From an uncultured Holosporaceae bacterium (GTDB lineage Bacteria; Pseudomonadota; Alphaproteobacteria; UBA3830; CASESI01), in contig CASESI010000013.1 of assembly GCA_949290705.1 (NCBI GenBank), positions 76,755 through 140,754 of the forward strand: a stretch of DNA of 64,000 nt. Direction: 5' to 3'. Shown here one piece after another: positions 1 to 9,690 of the stretch (positions are counted from its first letter, which is position 1; each line of letters begins with the position of its first letter). The notes beneath the pieces are model-generated. The model worked only from the letters and a program-made list of their open reading frames with translations. It was not told the DNA's origin and ran no database searches. The position numbers were made by a program, and so were the translations under genes.

Positions 1-361
1 CTTCAAGAGGGATAATATGAACGGGTTTTAAGAGATAATCCTCAACACCAAGCTGCATTACTTCTCTATAAAAATTTACATCATTTTGATCTGACAATAT
101 CACAATTTTCACACTTGGATCACATAAAGCTGCAATCTCACTTAGATCTTTCATTGGGACATCTCTCATTGAAAGATCCAATATAAGTAATTTCGGCAAT
201 TTTGAAGATTTCATATATTGCTTTGCATAATCAACTGATCCTTGAACAGCATGAGAATTTTTCAAATCAAAATTATTAAATAACTTTTTGATGATACTTA
301 GTGATGCATCATCTGTCACAAACGCTAAACATTCTGGAACTATCTGAGATTTTAAATCCAT
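1..361 (-). CDS. cpaE: Tad/Flp pilus assembly protein CpaE/TadZ, N-terminal receiver-like part (gene continues beyond left edge)
   Basis: Own translation of the minus strand from ATG at 359-361: MDLKSQIVPECLAFVTDDASLSIIKK...KLLILDLSMRDVPMKDL...VKIVILSDQNDVNFYREVMQLGVEDYLLKP. This is receiver-like, as in the CpaE/TadZ N-domain. It lies directly downstream of cpaD in the canonical cpaA-B-C-D-E order. Absent from the ORF track because it is truncated by the window edge. Confidence 0.6.
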   Translation of the reverse strand, partial: MDLKSQIVPECLAFVTDDASLSIIKKLFNNFDLKNSHAVQGSVDYAKQYMKSSKLPKLLILDLSMRDVPMKDLSEIAALCDPSVKIVILSDQNDVNFYREVMQLGVEDYLLKPVHIIPLE

Positions 362-374
362 ATTATCCCCTATA

Positions 375-1013
375 TTAATCCACGCCACTACTCTGATCTA
401 TCTGGTTTATTGCCTTTATTGCCGCACTTCTATCATTTGCAGTTTTTTTGTATTTATTCAAAGATGAAGGATAAGCAATTAATTTACCAAAATTTGCAAC
501 AGTGGAACAACCAAAACTTTTCATTGATTCTTCGATTGATTTTGCACCGTCATCTTTAAATGATTCACAGTTTGGAATTTTTAATTGATAAGAAATCACT
601 TTAACTACGAATCCTTCTTCATACCTTTGTGGCTCAATTTGACGTTTTATAAATACTTTGTTTAAAGGAATACCAAATCCGCACAAAATATCTCTAACTA
701 AAAATTCCCTGTTTAAAATTTTAGCATTATTATATAAATCACTTTTATAGACAGGAGTGATTTCAATTTCGACATCATTAGCCTTCGACAATATTCCTAT
801 AAGATTTTGTAACTTTAAATTTTCAGATTCTGGAAGTGTACTAATTTGATGAGGCCATACCAAGAAGAAGTTATTTTTTATTTTATTAATTTTTAATTGA
901 AATTGATTTTGGCGAATTGCCGATATTTCTTCGTCTGATTTAAATGCGCATGATAGGAGTAAAACAGAGAGTATACAACTTAAAACTGATTTAGTAATCC
1001 ATTGAAACTTCAT
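375..1013 (-). CDS. cpaD: Pilus assembly lipoprotein CpaD
   Basis: Lipoprotein-type signal (LLLSCAF). C-terminal FGCSTVANFGKLIAYPSSL...NDRSAAIKAI resembles the conserved CpaD C-terminal block (FGC..NLG..A.P.DL). 4-nt overlap with the cpaC end. Position between cpaC and cpaE. Confidence 0.65.
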   Translation of the reverse strand: MKFQWITKSVLSCILSVLLLSCAFKSDEEISAIRQNQFQLKINKIKNNFFLVWPHQISTLPESENLKLQNLIGILSKANDVEIEITPVYKSDLYNNAKILNREFLVRDILCGFGIPLNKVFIKRQIEPQRYEEGFVVKVISYQLKIPNCESFKDDGAKSIEESMKSFGCSTVANFGKLIAYPSSLNKYKKTANDRSAAIKAINQIDQSSGVD

Positions 1014-2392
1014 CTTGCCTCCAAAGGTTTTATATAATCTTTATCATAATCTTTTGTGATTCCACTACTTTTATCAAATTTTTTAATAACAGAATTCTTA
1101 ACTACACCTTTTGATTCAACACCATCAACAGGATAATAAAGCTTTTCTTTCGATGGCCTTATAATATATGGAGTGATTGTTATTACTAGCTCTGTCTCGT
1201 TAGAACTTAAAGCTTGATTTGGGGCAAACATATCCCCAATTATTGGTAAATTTGCAAAAAATCCATCTCTTGTTTTTGCTGTAGTATAATCCTTCTTTTG
1301 TAAACCAGCTATTGCAATTGTTTGTCCATCTGCCATTTGTACAGTTGTTTGTATTGACCTATCATTTGTTTCTCCACCTTGTCCTGGAACAGTAACTTTA
1401 CATTGATCCAACTTTATATTAATTAAATTTTCAGATACAACCGTAGGTGTAAATGTGATATTAACACCATAATCTGCAAATTGACTACCTTCTCTTACAT
1501 TACCACCTTGATCAATTATTGCAGTTGAATATGATTGTTTACCACCTGATGAAAAAGTGGCTTGTTCACCAGACAATGCAACAACAGTAGGCTCAGCGAG
1601 AACAGTTGCAAGTGATTCTTTTTCAAGAACATTTAATAATGCTGAAAGGTCCATTTTTATGCCATTTTTGGTATACTTCCAATTGGTAACAACGCCCTGA
1701 GTAAATTTATCAAATAATCCTTCAGCAGATGAATTACCTAGGTCCTTTATTATTGCACCATTAATAATTGATCCAAACGATAAACCATGTTCATTGCCTG
1801 TTCCATTACCAATTGTATTCCATTCAATCCCAAAGCCTTTCGTTATGTCTCGCGAAAGCTCAACAATTTTAATTTTAAGCATCACCTGAATTGGAAGTTC
1901 TATCTCTAATTTATTTATTACAACAATTTCTGGCTGATTCTCTCCTTGCAATCCTTTAAAATAATTTTTAGAAACCATTTCAAGATCTTTTGCTAGTTGA
2001 GGCGATTCAACTTTTCCCAGCAAAAACACCTGATTATTATAAGGTTTTATTGAAATATTTATGTTAGGATAAAGTTCATTAATCATTTTTACCAGAGGAG
2101 ATATTTTTAATTGCACATCTATATAAGAACTTAATAATACTCTACCATGTTTATCTTTTATTCTAATTACGGATTTACCTATTCCATCTGCTACCAATAA
2201 TATTTTATTTTTAGACATTACTTGTACATTTAATACGTTCGGATCAGAAATATATATTTCTCCTATTCTAATATCATCATTAAAAACAAGCTCTTTCACG
2301 AAATCTTTTTCGTAAGTTATTGTACTTGCTTTTAAAATATTAAAAATACAAATAGTTATCAAAAATAAAATACGTAGCACTTTTAAAATCAA
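1010..2392 (-). CDS. cpaC: Tad pilus secretin CpaC/RcpA
   Basis: 460 aa with a signal peptide and a secretin-like C-terminal half (LAEPTVVALSGEQATFSSGG...GVNITFTPTV...IAIAGL...IPIIGDMF...ELVITITP). Lies in the cpa operon. Confidence 0.85.
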   Translation of the reverse strand: MILKVLRILFLITICIFNILKASTITYEKDFVKELVFNDDIRIGEIYISDPNVLNVQVMSKNKILLVADGIGKSVIRIKDKHGRVLLSSYIDVQLKISPLVKMINELYPNINISIKPYNNQVFLLGKVESPQLAKDLEMVSKNYFKGLQGENQPEIVVINKLEIELPIQVMLKIKIVELSRDITKGFGIEWNTIGNGTGNEHGLSFGSIINGAIIKDLGNSSAEGLFDKFTQGVVTNWKYTKNGIKMDLSALLNVLEKESLATVLAEPTVVALSGEQATFSSGGKQSYSTAIIDQGGNVREGSQFADYGVNITFTPTVVSENLINIKLDQCKVTVPGQGGETNDRSIQTTVQMADGQTIAIAGLQKKDYTTAKTRDGFFANLPIIGDMFAPNQALSSNETELVITITPYIIRPSKEKLYYPVDGVESKGVVKNSVIKKFDKSSGITKDYDKDYIKPLEAR

Positions 2393-2670
2393 CCCCCATT
2401 ACTTTCAGATGCCTGTTCAGCAGGATTTGAACTTACGACAGAAACACCCTTTTGTTCTTCTTGTACTTTCTGTATTCCTTTTATCAAAACAATTTTATCA
2501 TCTTCTTGTTTTTGCTCAGGTTTGGACTCTTTTTCAGCGTCATTATTTGATTCTTCATGTTCAGTTTGTTCCTCAGAATGCCCCTTCTCTTCAGACGCAT
2601 GTAATGAAGCAATATTGGATATTCCGAACAAACTTAAAAATGTTAAGGTTAATAATTTTTTATATATCAT
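2389..2670 (-). CDS. Small secreted acidic protein of unknown function, translationally coupled inside the cpa operon
   Basis: 93 aa. Signal peptide (LLTLTFLSLFGISNIASLHA) followed by an E/K/Q-rich low-complexity region. ATGA-type 4-nt overlaps with the cpaB stop (2667-2670) and the cpaC start (2389-2392). Confidence 0.5.
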   Translation of the reverse strand: MIYKKLLTLTFLSLFGISNIASLHASEEKGHSEEQTEHEESNNDAEKESKPEQKQEDDKIVLIKGIQKVQEEQKGVSVVSSNPAEQASESNGG

Positions 2671-3662
2671 AATTCATCTCCTATTTTTGAGTTACTAGCA
2701 TGCGGTTTAACAAAACCAGCTTTATCCTTTTTAATAACAAGAACCATCGATTCATCTTCCATTTTGTTATTCTTGTTATCAGGAATATTTGTATTATTCA
2801 TATTTTGTTTAATTTCATTAATTCTTTTGTTATTTTGAAAAACATTATTGGTTTGATTCTCGGAATATATATTGTTCGCAAAAGGAATTTTCGAATCATC
2901 AGTATCATCTTCACTCATCAATACCAAATACACTCTTCCGCCACCTTTAAGATTTTGTATCATAATGTCCGCTTGTTTTTCAGTTAACTCTAATGTAACA
3001 GTATCAGGAAAATTTTGATGTTCTTTCACATGATGATCTGATAACTCTGCTTCATATTTCGAAATTTCAGTTCTACTATCGAAAGCTAATATTCTTACAT
3101 TAGAAATTTTTTTAGTTTTGTTTGGTAAATATACCTCCACAATGTCACCAGGTTTAAATGCGTTATGTTTTATAGAAGTTTTATCAACTGGTGCAGACAT
3201 AGCTCTCATTCCTTTACGCAATCTTATTGTATTATTGTTAAAAGAATTCTTCTTAATAAACATCTTTACAGAAATTGGTACGCCTTTTACGATATTAGAG
3301 TTTGCAACAAGACCGACTATTGACTCAAACGTCAATGAAGGATGTAAATACCTTCCATTTTCATCTTTCGCTATGAACTCTCGTGAAACATTTTCTATAG
3401 GCCACTTTATCCACTCTGTATTCCTCGAAAGCAATACATCTCCAACTGAGATATTTTCTTTTGCAACCAAGACTCTATTGTACATTGTTGTTTTTTCCTG
3501 AGTTGAACTAACATTCTGAGCGGAACTCCTAAAATCTTGACTTACAGTACTTTTTCTAGCGTTTGTATTGTAAAAGTATTCAGAAAAATATTCCAAGCCA
3601 AAACCAAATCCACCTGCTATACAAAGTGCTCCTACAAGTGCTATGACTTTATCCTTTTGCAT
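2667..3662 (-). CDS. cpaB: Flp pilus assembly protein CpaB/RcpC
   Basis: N-terminal TM segment. SAF-like segment VLVAKENISVGDVLLSRN. Position between cpaA and cpaC. Carries an N/K-rich low-complexity C-terminal tail. Confidence 0.8.
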   Translation of the reverse strand: MQKDKVIALVGALCIAGGFGFGLEYFSEYFYNTNARKSTVSQDFRSSAQNVSSTQEKTTMYNRVLVAKENISVGDVLLSRNTEWIKWPIENVSREFIAKDENGRYLHPSLTFESIVGLVANSNIVKGVPISVKMFIKKNSFNNNTIRLRKGMRAMSAPVDKTSIKHNAFKPGDIVEVYLPNKTKKISNVRILAFDSRTEISKYEAELSDHHVKEHQNFPDTVTLELTEKQADIMIQNLKGGGRVYLVLMSEDDTDDSKIPFANNIYSENQTNNVFQNNKRINEIKQNMNNTNIPDNKNNKMEDESMVLVIKKDKAGFVKPHASNSKIGDEL

Positions 3663-3665
3663 ATA

Positions 3666-4181
3666 TTAAATTCTACTCAACATAAAACCAATACAGATCG
3701 ATATCCCATAGGGAATTTCCATCTTCAAATAACTATTTTCCTCAACTATTATTAATTTTTGGTTTATACAAAATAATATTTTTGAAATAATTTTATATTT
3801 TGCTATTTTATAGATCATTTTTCGTATTTTATCGACTCTTTTCTGAAACATTAAAAAAATTATTACCTCACCTCCTCCAACAAAAGACATATAAATTAAA
3901 AAATTATAAATTTCCTCCGGAGATAATCCTATCATCAATACTAAAATCAATTTCACATCTCCCCCTCCAATCAAATCCTTATTACACAAAAAAATTAATA
4001 AAACAAAAGCTAAAATTATAATTAAAATTGAACATATATTAAATGTTGATAGTAAAAATAATTGCAATGTATTTAACAATAACAGAGATATTATATGTTG
4101 GTTTTTTATCTCATAAAATAATAAATCCGTAATAATTATTAAAAATAAAATAAAAAATTCAGCAGTATTAACTATAACCAT
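3666..4181 (-). CDS. cpaA: Prepilin peptidase CpaA/TadV (A24 family)
   Basis: 171 aa polytopic membrane protein with a GGGDVKL motif (GxGDxK of A24 aspartic peptidases). First gene of the cpa operon. Confidence 0.75.
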   Translation of the reverse strand: MVIVNTAEFFILFLIIITDLLFYEIKNQHIISLLLLNTLQLFLLSTFNICSILIIILAFVLLIFLCNKDLIGGGDVKLILVLMIGLSPEEIYNFLIYMSFVGGGEVIIFLMFQKRVDKIRKMIYKIAKYKIISKILFCINQKLIIVEENSYLKMEIPYGISICIGFMLSRI

Positions 4182-4282
4182 AATTATCTAGTACACCTTA
4201 AACTGGTAAAAAAAAGTTAAAAACATATTTTTTTTTAGTTAATTATGATATACAATTTACGTGTTTTTTAGCGCAAGTCTGT

Positions 4283-4780
4283 ATGTTGGCATTTTTAAGG
4301 TTTTGTTACAGTGGTTTTGTTGCCGACGTGCTGTTCTTTTTGTTGTTGCTTAACCTTTCGTATTTATGCCCATTCATAGGGATACGTCTTTTTTTGTTTA
4401 TAGCTACATATTGCTTAGAAAAGTACTTTTTTTCATTTTCTTTTGTTTACATTTTTTGTGTAAGTTTGATTTGTGACGCTTTTTATTGCGATATAATTGG
4501 AACTCATTTTTCGATATGCTTATTTATTGTATATTGCTTTTCTGATTTAAGAATCGAAAATCCAAAATTCTATTTAAGTTCTCATATTAATACCAAAAAC
4601 TTGCTTATCTGTTACGTATTTTTTATCTTATTATGGGGAGTTATTTTTTCCATTTTTAATTATAAATTAATAGACATAAAGTATATAATTCTTTGTATAG
4701 TATCAAGTACGTTGATTTTCCCATTAGTTGGAATGACGTGCAATTTGTTTTACAGAATTAGAAATGAGCAAAAAGTTTGA
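4283..4780 (+). CDS. mreD: Rod shape-determining protein MreD (putative)
   Basis: 165 aa, very hydrophobic and polytopic. Lies immediately upstream of PBP2 (mrdA) and overlaps it, which is the usual mreD position. Confidence 0.5.
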   Translation: MLAFLRFCYSGFVADVLFFLLLLNLSYLCPFIGIRLFLFIATYCLEKYFFSFSFVYIFCVSLICDAFYCDIIGTHFSICLFIVYCFSDLRIENPKFYLSSHINTKNLLICYVFFILLWGVIFSIFNYKLIDIKYIILCIVSSTLIFPLVGMTCNLFYRIRNEQKV

Positions 4781-6575
4781 GGCCCATAAATTTAAATCTA
4801 AAAGTTTCATAAAGGGATATAATCCAAATAAAATTAAAAATCAAATGTTTAAAAGGGTTATATTTACCATTTTATGTGAATTCATAGCTATTTTAATTTT
4901 GATCATCAAACTTACAAACATTCAAGTTATAAATACAGATAATTATAAATTATTATCTGATAAAAATAGGATACGAATTATTCCGCTCATTCCTGAACGA
5001 GGAATCATTTTTGATGCGTACGGAAATAAGATCGTTGAAAATAAAAAGATTTATAAGTTGATCATAGATAAAACATATGCCACAAATATTCCTTATATAC
5101 AGAAAAAAATTTCATCTATTCTACCCGACAGAGTTTTGGAAAAAGTAAATTTCAACAATTTTCAACAGGCAGTACTCCTTGATAAAATAACGTGGGAGGA
5201 GATCTCAAAATTATCCTTTCATATTCATGAAATGCCAGGTGTTTCTGTCGAATCTTATATGGAAAGATATTCTAAAAATCCAGAACCATTCGCTCATTTG
5301 ATAGGTATTTTAATAGATGATCCAGATGCAAACATTTTCGGATATAAAAGAGGAGATTCTGGAATAGAAGCTTTCTCTAACTCTGAACTTAAAGGTGAAC
5401 TTGGAAGAAAGGACGTAGAGGTCAATTCAATAGGAAAAATTATAAAAACTTTAAACGTTATAAACCCTATTCCTGGGAATGAAATTGAATTATCAGTTAT
5501 TGCAGAACTTCAAGAATATATATACAACCTGATGAAAGAAAAATACAAAGCTGGAGCTTGCGTTGTTGTAGATGTAAACACAGGAGAGATAAAAGCTCTT
5601 GTTTCGTATCCAAGTTTTAATTTTACAAAAATATATAAAAAGTATTGGGATACTCTTGTATCTGATAAGTTAAAACCTTTAAATAATCGCACAATTTCAG
5701 GACTTTACCCTCCTGGATCTGTATTTAAAATTGCGAGTGGAATAGCTATTAGTGAATCTGTTGATAGCAACCTAAATGTTAATTGTTATGGTGTGTTTCC
5801 ATTAGGAGATCATGAATTTCATTGTTGGAAAAAACAAGGTCATGGAGAAGTTGATTTAAGAAAAGCTATTTCAAATTCATGTGATATATTCTTTTACAAA
5901 AACTCCCAAATAGCAGGAATAAAGTCCATAGATAAATACGCTACCATATTAGGACTCGGGGAAAAAACGGGAATTGAAATTTCTGGTGAAAGTCAAGGAT
6001 TGATCCCAAGCCCCTCATGGAAAAAAAGCACATACTCAAAGCCTTGGTATCCTTACGAAACCATCATATCTGCCATCGGTCAAGGTTCTGTGTTAACAAC
6101 CCCTATTCAGTTAGCAAAAATGACTGCAATCGTTGCAAATGGTGGGAATTCTATGAACTTAACATTATTTAAAAATAAAACTCCTATTAAGAAAAAGGTT
6201 AAAATCTCCGATAAAACTTTAAACGAAATTCGCGAAGCTATGCACGATGTATGCTCAATTTGGGGCGGTACAGCATTTTATAACATATCAAAATTGAAAC
6301 TTCATAGGTCATTTGCAGGAAAAACAGGAACTTCCCAAGTCGTTAGAATAACTAAACAACAAAGAGAATCAAATACTTACAAAAATGAATTAAAACAATG
6401 GGAAGAGCGAGATCATGCTCTATTCGTTGGATTTTCACCGTTTGAATCTCCTAAATACGCTGTCGTGGTTATCCTTGAGCATGAATGTAGTGGATCGAGA
6501 GAGGCTGCCCCATTTGGAGTAAAGGTACTTAACAAAATTTTTGAAATAGAAGAAAAATATCAAAAAGAAAAATAA
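4764..6575 (+). CDS. mrdA: Penicillin-binding protein 2 (peptidoglycan D,D-transpeptidase)
   Basis: 603 aa with an N-terminal TM segment. Transpeptidase motifs SVFK (PPGSVFKIASG), SNS (ISNSCD) and KTGT (AGKTGTSQV). Confidence 0.9.
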   Translation: MSKKFEAHKFKSKSFIKGYNPNKIKNQMFKRVIFTILCEFIAILILIIKLTNIQVINTDNYKLLSDKNRIRIIPLIPERGIIFDAYGNKIVENKKIYKLIIDKTYATNIPYIQKKISSILPDRVLEKVNFNNFQQAVLLDKITWEEISKLSFHIHEMPGVSVESYMERYSKNPEPFAHLIGILIDDPDANIFGYKRGDSGIEAFSNSELKGELGRKDVEVNSIGKIIKTLNVINPIPGNEIELSVIAELQEYIYNLMKEKYKAGACVVVDVNTGEIKALVSYPSFNFTKIYKKYWDTLVSDKLKPLNNRTISGLYPPGSVFKIASGIAISESVDSNLNVNCYGVFPLGDHEFHCWKKQGHGEVDLRKAISNSCDIFFYKNSQIAGIKSIDKYATILGLGEKTGIEISGESQGLIPSPSWKKSTYSKPWYPYETIISAIGQGSVLTTPIQLAKMTAIVANGGNSMNLTLFKNKTPIKKKVKISDKTLNEIREAMHDVCSIWGGTAFYNISKLKLHRSFAGKTGTSQVVRITKQQRESNTYKNELKQWEERDHALFVGFSPFESPKYAVVVILEHECSGSREAAPFGVKVLNKIFEIEEKYQKEK

Positions 6576-6576
6576 G

Positions 6577-7086
6577 TTAAATATATTTTTTCAATAATAA
6601 AATTTTTAACAATAAAATCTTTAGAACTTCTGGAATAATAAATACAATAAATCCGCTATAGATTGCTGACTTCATACCAACAAAATGCGACAGTACTAAA
6701 ATCCCTGGAACAAAAATCGATACCTCACTTATAAATACTTTTAAACCAAACTTTGAATTATCGATATTTGTAGCTAAATACGAAGAAATTAAAAATCCTA
6801 ACAAATACCCACTTGTAACCGAATTGCATAAAACGCCTATTCCACAAAAACCTGATGTAAAAACAGGAGTAAAAATGCCAAACGCCATATACAGTAACAC
6901 AGAACAAAACGCTGTTTTACGAGACATAATGAAAGATATCATCATGACAGCAAAAGTTTGCATTGTAAAAGAAACAGGATACCAATCAATTTTTACATTT
7001 GTCATTAATAATAAGAAAAAAGCTCCCATCACAATATTAGATAAACATTTCACATTATGTATAAATCTACTTTCTATATTAACCAT
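6577..7086 (-). CDS. bioY: Biotin transporter BioY
   Basis: 169 aa membrane protein. PVSFTMQTFAVMMISFI...LLYMAFGIFTPVFTSG...SGYLLGFLISSYL matches the BioY pattern (P.TLQTF.V...GYL.GF). Confidence 0.8.
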   Translation of the reverse strand: MVNIESRFIHNVKCLSNIVMGAFFLLLMTNVKIDWYPVSFTMQTFAVMMISFIMSRKTAFCSVLLYMAFGIFTPVFTSGFCGIGVLCNSVTSGYLLGFLISSYLATNIDNSKFGLKVFISEVSIFVPGILVLSHFVGMKSAIYSGFIVFIIPEVLKILLLKILLLKKYI

Positions 7087-7139
7087 AAATCATCCTACAC
7101 GATTAAGAGTATACATAAAAATAATCTAACATCAATACT

Positions 7140-7754
7140 TTAAGAAAAATAAATTGGTTTAATGCTCGACATCAATCTATTTTCTGAAACATTAAATAAT
7201 GTTTTTGATGATGTATTTTCTATGTAGAACATTTCTTTGTTAGTAATTGTATCATATATATTTTTTATATTTGTAATAAGAACAGTATCTTTTGTATATT
7301 TTGGTAATTCATCAATTTTTAACAATGCTTTTTCATCATGTATAGAACTATCAGTATAAAATTTTTTTAAGTTAGTTTTTTGAAAATATACCAAACCTCT
7401 TCTTTTAGATTCGAGAACAACAACAACTTGCTTTTCTGCATTTACAAACTTATTATTTTCCTGAAGAAACTGCGTTATGAATAAATCAAATGTTGAACAT
7501 CCAAAAATCTTGCAATTTGTTACTGCTTGAATCCCTAGTGCTGTAGCAATTCCTATACGTACTCCTGTAAATGATCCTGGACCAATTGTAATAATTATTC
7601 TTTCGACTGAAGTATTTTTTGTTAAAACATTAATCGTAGGCACAAGGTTTTGAAAAGTATTCGCTCCTGCATCAATCGAAGTCACACCATTGCCTGATTT
7701 CAAAGAAACACTGCAATTGCTAAAACAAGTATCATATGCCAATATCTGTGCCAT
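7140..7754 (-). CDS. tsaB: tRNA t6A37 biosynthesis protein TsaB (YeaZ)
   Basis: MAQILAYDTCFSNCSVSL...IITIGPGSFTGVRIGIATALGI is a typical TsaB N-terminal ASKHA fold signature. Confidence 0.85.
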   Translation of the reverse strand: MAQILAYDTCFSNCSVSLKSGNGVTSIDAGANTFQNLVPTINVLTKNTSVERIIITIGPGSFTGVRIGIATALGIQAVTNCKIFGCSTFDLFITQFLQENNKFVNAEKQVVVVLESKRRGLVYFQKTNLKKFYTDSSIHDEKALLKIDELPKYTKDTVLITNIKNIYDTITNKEMFYIENTSSKTLFNVSENRLMSSIKPIYFS

Positions 7755-7834
7755 AATTTTAACTAACCAAATATAACCGATTTTAAATATTTTATTTCAC
7801 TTTTTCTAGTTAAAATTTAATATAATATAGTGAT

Positions 7835-9685
7835 ATGCAGATAGAAAAATTACCTCAATTCATAATCAATCAAATCGCAGCTGGAGAAGTAATAGAAAGA
7901 CCTGCTTCCATCATAAAAGAGCTCGTTGAAAACTCAATTGATGCTCACTCATCAAAAATAGAAATTTCTGTTGTAAACGCTGGAAAAAGCTATATTTCTA
8001 TATATGACAATGGAGATGGTATACAAAAAGATGATTTTCATAATGCCGTCACTCTACATGCTACGTCAAAACTACATAACCTTAATTTAAATGAAATTGA
8101 TTATCTCGGTTTTAGAGGTGAAGCTTTGGCGTCAATCGCAAGCGTTGCAAAAATATCAATTACATCGAAATATAAAGATTCAAATGAAACGTGGAAAGCA
8201 ATCTATGACAAAAACAATGTAAGAGATTTAATTCCTGCTACATTAAACTCCGGAACCAAAATAGAGGTAAGTGACTTATTTTTTTCTGTTCCTGCACGAC
8301 TAAATTTTTTAAAGACAGACATTACAGAATTATCAAATATAATTAACACATGCAAACAGATAATTCTGCCATATAATAATATCTCACTTAGATTATCAAG
8401 TAACAACAGGTTGATTCTTAATTATCCACCATCAACAATAAAAATTAGAATATCAGATATACTTGGAAACGAATTTACTGATGATTTATGTGAAGTAAAC
8501 TATGAATCTGAATCTTGTAAAATTACAGGGTTTGTTGGAAAACCAACATTAAACTTTAATACACAAAATAAATTATTCTTTTATATAAACGGAAGATATG
8601 TGAAAGATAAATACTTGTCACTTACGTTAAAAAGTACCTACTCCAGTTTAATTCCACATGATAGATATCCAATTGCTGTACTTTTTATTGATTTACCCAA
8701 AAAGGATTTCGATGTTAACGTTCATCCAAGAAAATTAGAAGTAAGATTTCGTGATATAAAAAAATTACAACAAAACATCGATGTAGCCGTAAAGAGTGTT
8801 ATATCAAAAGTATCCAACATTTCATCTATTTTTATAGCGAATAATTTTAGGGATTCTCTTATTGATATTCAAAATAAGAATTACCAAAAAAGTAATAAAA
8901 CCACAACAGAAATTAAAAAATTTAATAATGATTTGATTTTTAACAATCCAACACCTAAAATTAACTCCCTTCAGGAAGATTCTTCCGATTTTGAAATTGA
9001 CTTTATTCCTGAATTTTCAGATCAATCAAAAGAGCAAGAACATTTGCAGCAACAAAGTAATTTATTTGAACTACAAACTAATAAGCCAGACAATGACATA
9101 GACCTTGGAACAGCAGTTACACAATTCATGAATAAATACATCATATCTAAATCTTCAGAATTTATATTTCTGATAGATCAACATGCTGTTCACGAAAGAG
9201 TTGTATTTGAAAAGTTGAAAAAAAATTTTTATGATAAGAAGATAGAATCTCAGCAATTATTAATACCAGAAATGGTCTATCTTTCTGAAAATGATATTGA
9301 ATTACTAAATAATAACAAAGACAAAATTAAAGAGTTAGGAATAACATTTAAGAAAATTTCTAATGATTTAATTGAAATTACCTCTTTACCAATTATATTA
9401 ATCGAGTCTAATAAGTCTGAACTTATAAAAGATTTGATAGAGGATTTTACAAATGACGATGACATGACTTGCAATAACTCCATGAAAAATAAGATTGAAA
9501 GAATATTGGCTACATTCGCATGTCATACAAGTATAAGATCTGGGAAAACTCTATCTGTTGAAGAAATGAATCAAATATTAAGGCTGATTGAAACAACTGA
9601 AAATTCTGCACAATGCAACCATGGACGTCCATCTTATATAAAACTTTCTTTGAAAGATTTAGATAAGTTATTTGATAGGATTTAG
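7835..9685 (+). CDS. mutL: DNA mismatch repair protein MutL
   Basis: IAAGEVIERPASIIKELVENSIDA...DNGDGI...GFRGEALASIASV (GHKL ATPase). C-terminal ...ACHTSIRSGKTLSVEEM...CNHGRPSYIKL. Confidence 0.95.
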   Translation: MQIEKLPQFIINQIAAGEVIERPASIIKELVENSIDAHSSKIEISVVNAGKSYISIYDNGDGIQKDDFHNAVTLHATSKLHNLNLNEIDYLGFRGEALASIASVAKISITSKYKDSNETWKAIYDKNNVRDLIPATLNSGTKIEVSDLFFSVPARLNFLKTDITELSNIINTCKQIILPYNNISLRLSSNNRLILNYPPSTIKIRISDILGNEFTDDLCEVNYESESCKITGFVGKPTLNFNTQNKLFFYINGRYVKDKYLSLTLKSTYSSLIPHDRYPIAVLFIDLPKKDFDVNVHPRKLEVRFRDIKKLQQNIDVAVKSVISKVSNISSIFIANNFRDSLIDIQNKNYQKSNKTTTEIKKFNNDLIFNNPTPKINSLQEDSSDFEIDFIPEFSDQSKEQEHLQQQSNLFELQTNKPDNDIDLGTAVTQFMNKYIISKSSEFIFLIDQHAVHERVVFEKLKKNFYDKKIESQQLLIPEMVYLSENDIELLNNNKDKIKELGITFKKISNDLIEITSLPIILIESNKSELIKDLIEDFTNDDDMTCNNSMKNKIERILATFACHTSIRSGKTLSVEEMNQILRLIETTENSAQCNHGRPSYIKLSLKDLDKLFDRI

Positions 9686-9690
9686 CTATT

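Noticed and set aside
7796-7837. TATAAT (7821-7826) 8 nt upstream of the mutL ATG as a second leaderless-gene promoter.
   Set aside because: No acceptable -35 element occurs at a 16-18 nt spacing. TATAAT-like hexamers are expected by chance in DNA this AT-rich.
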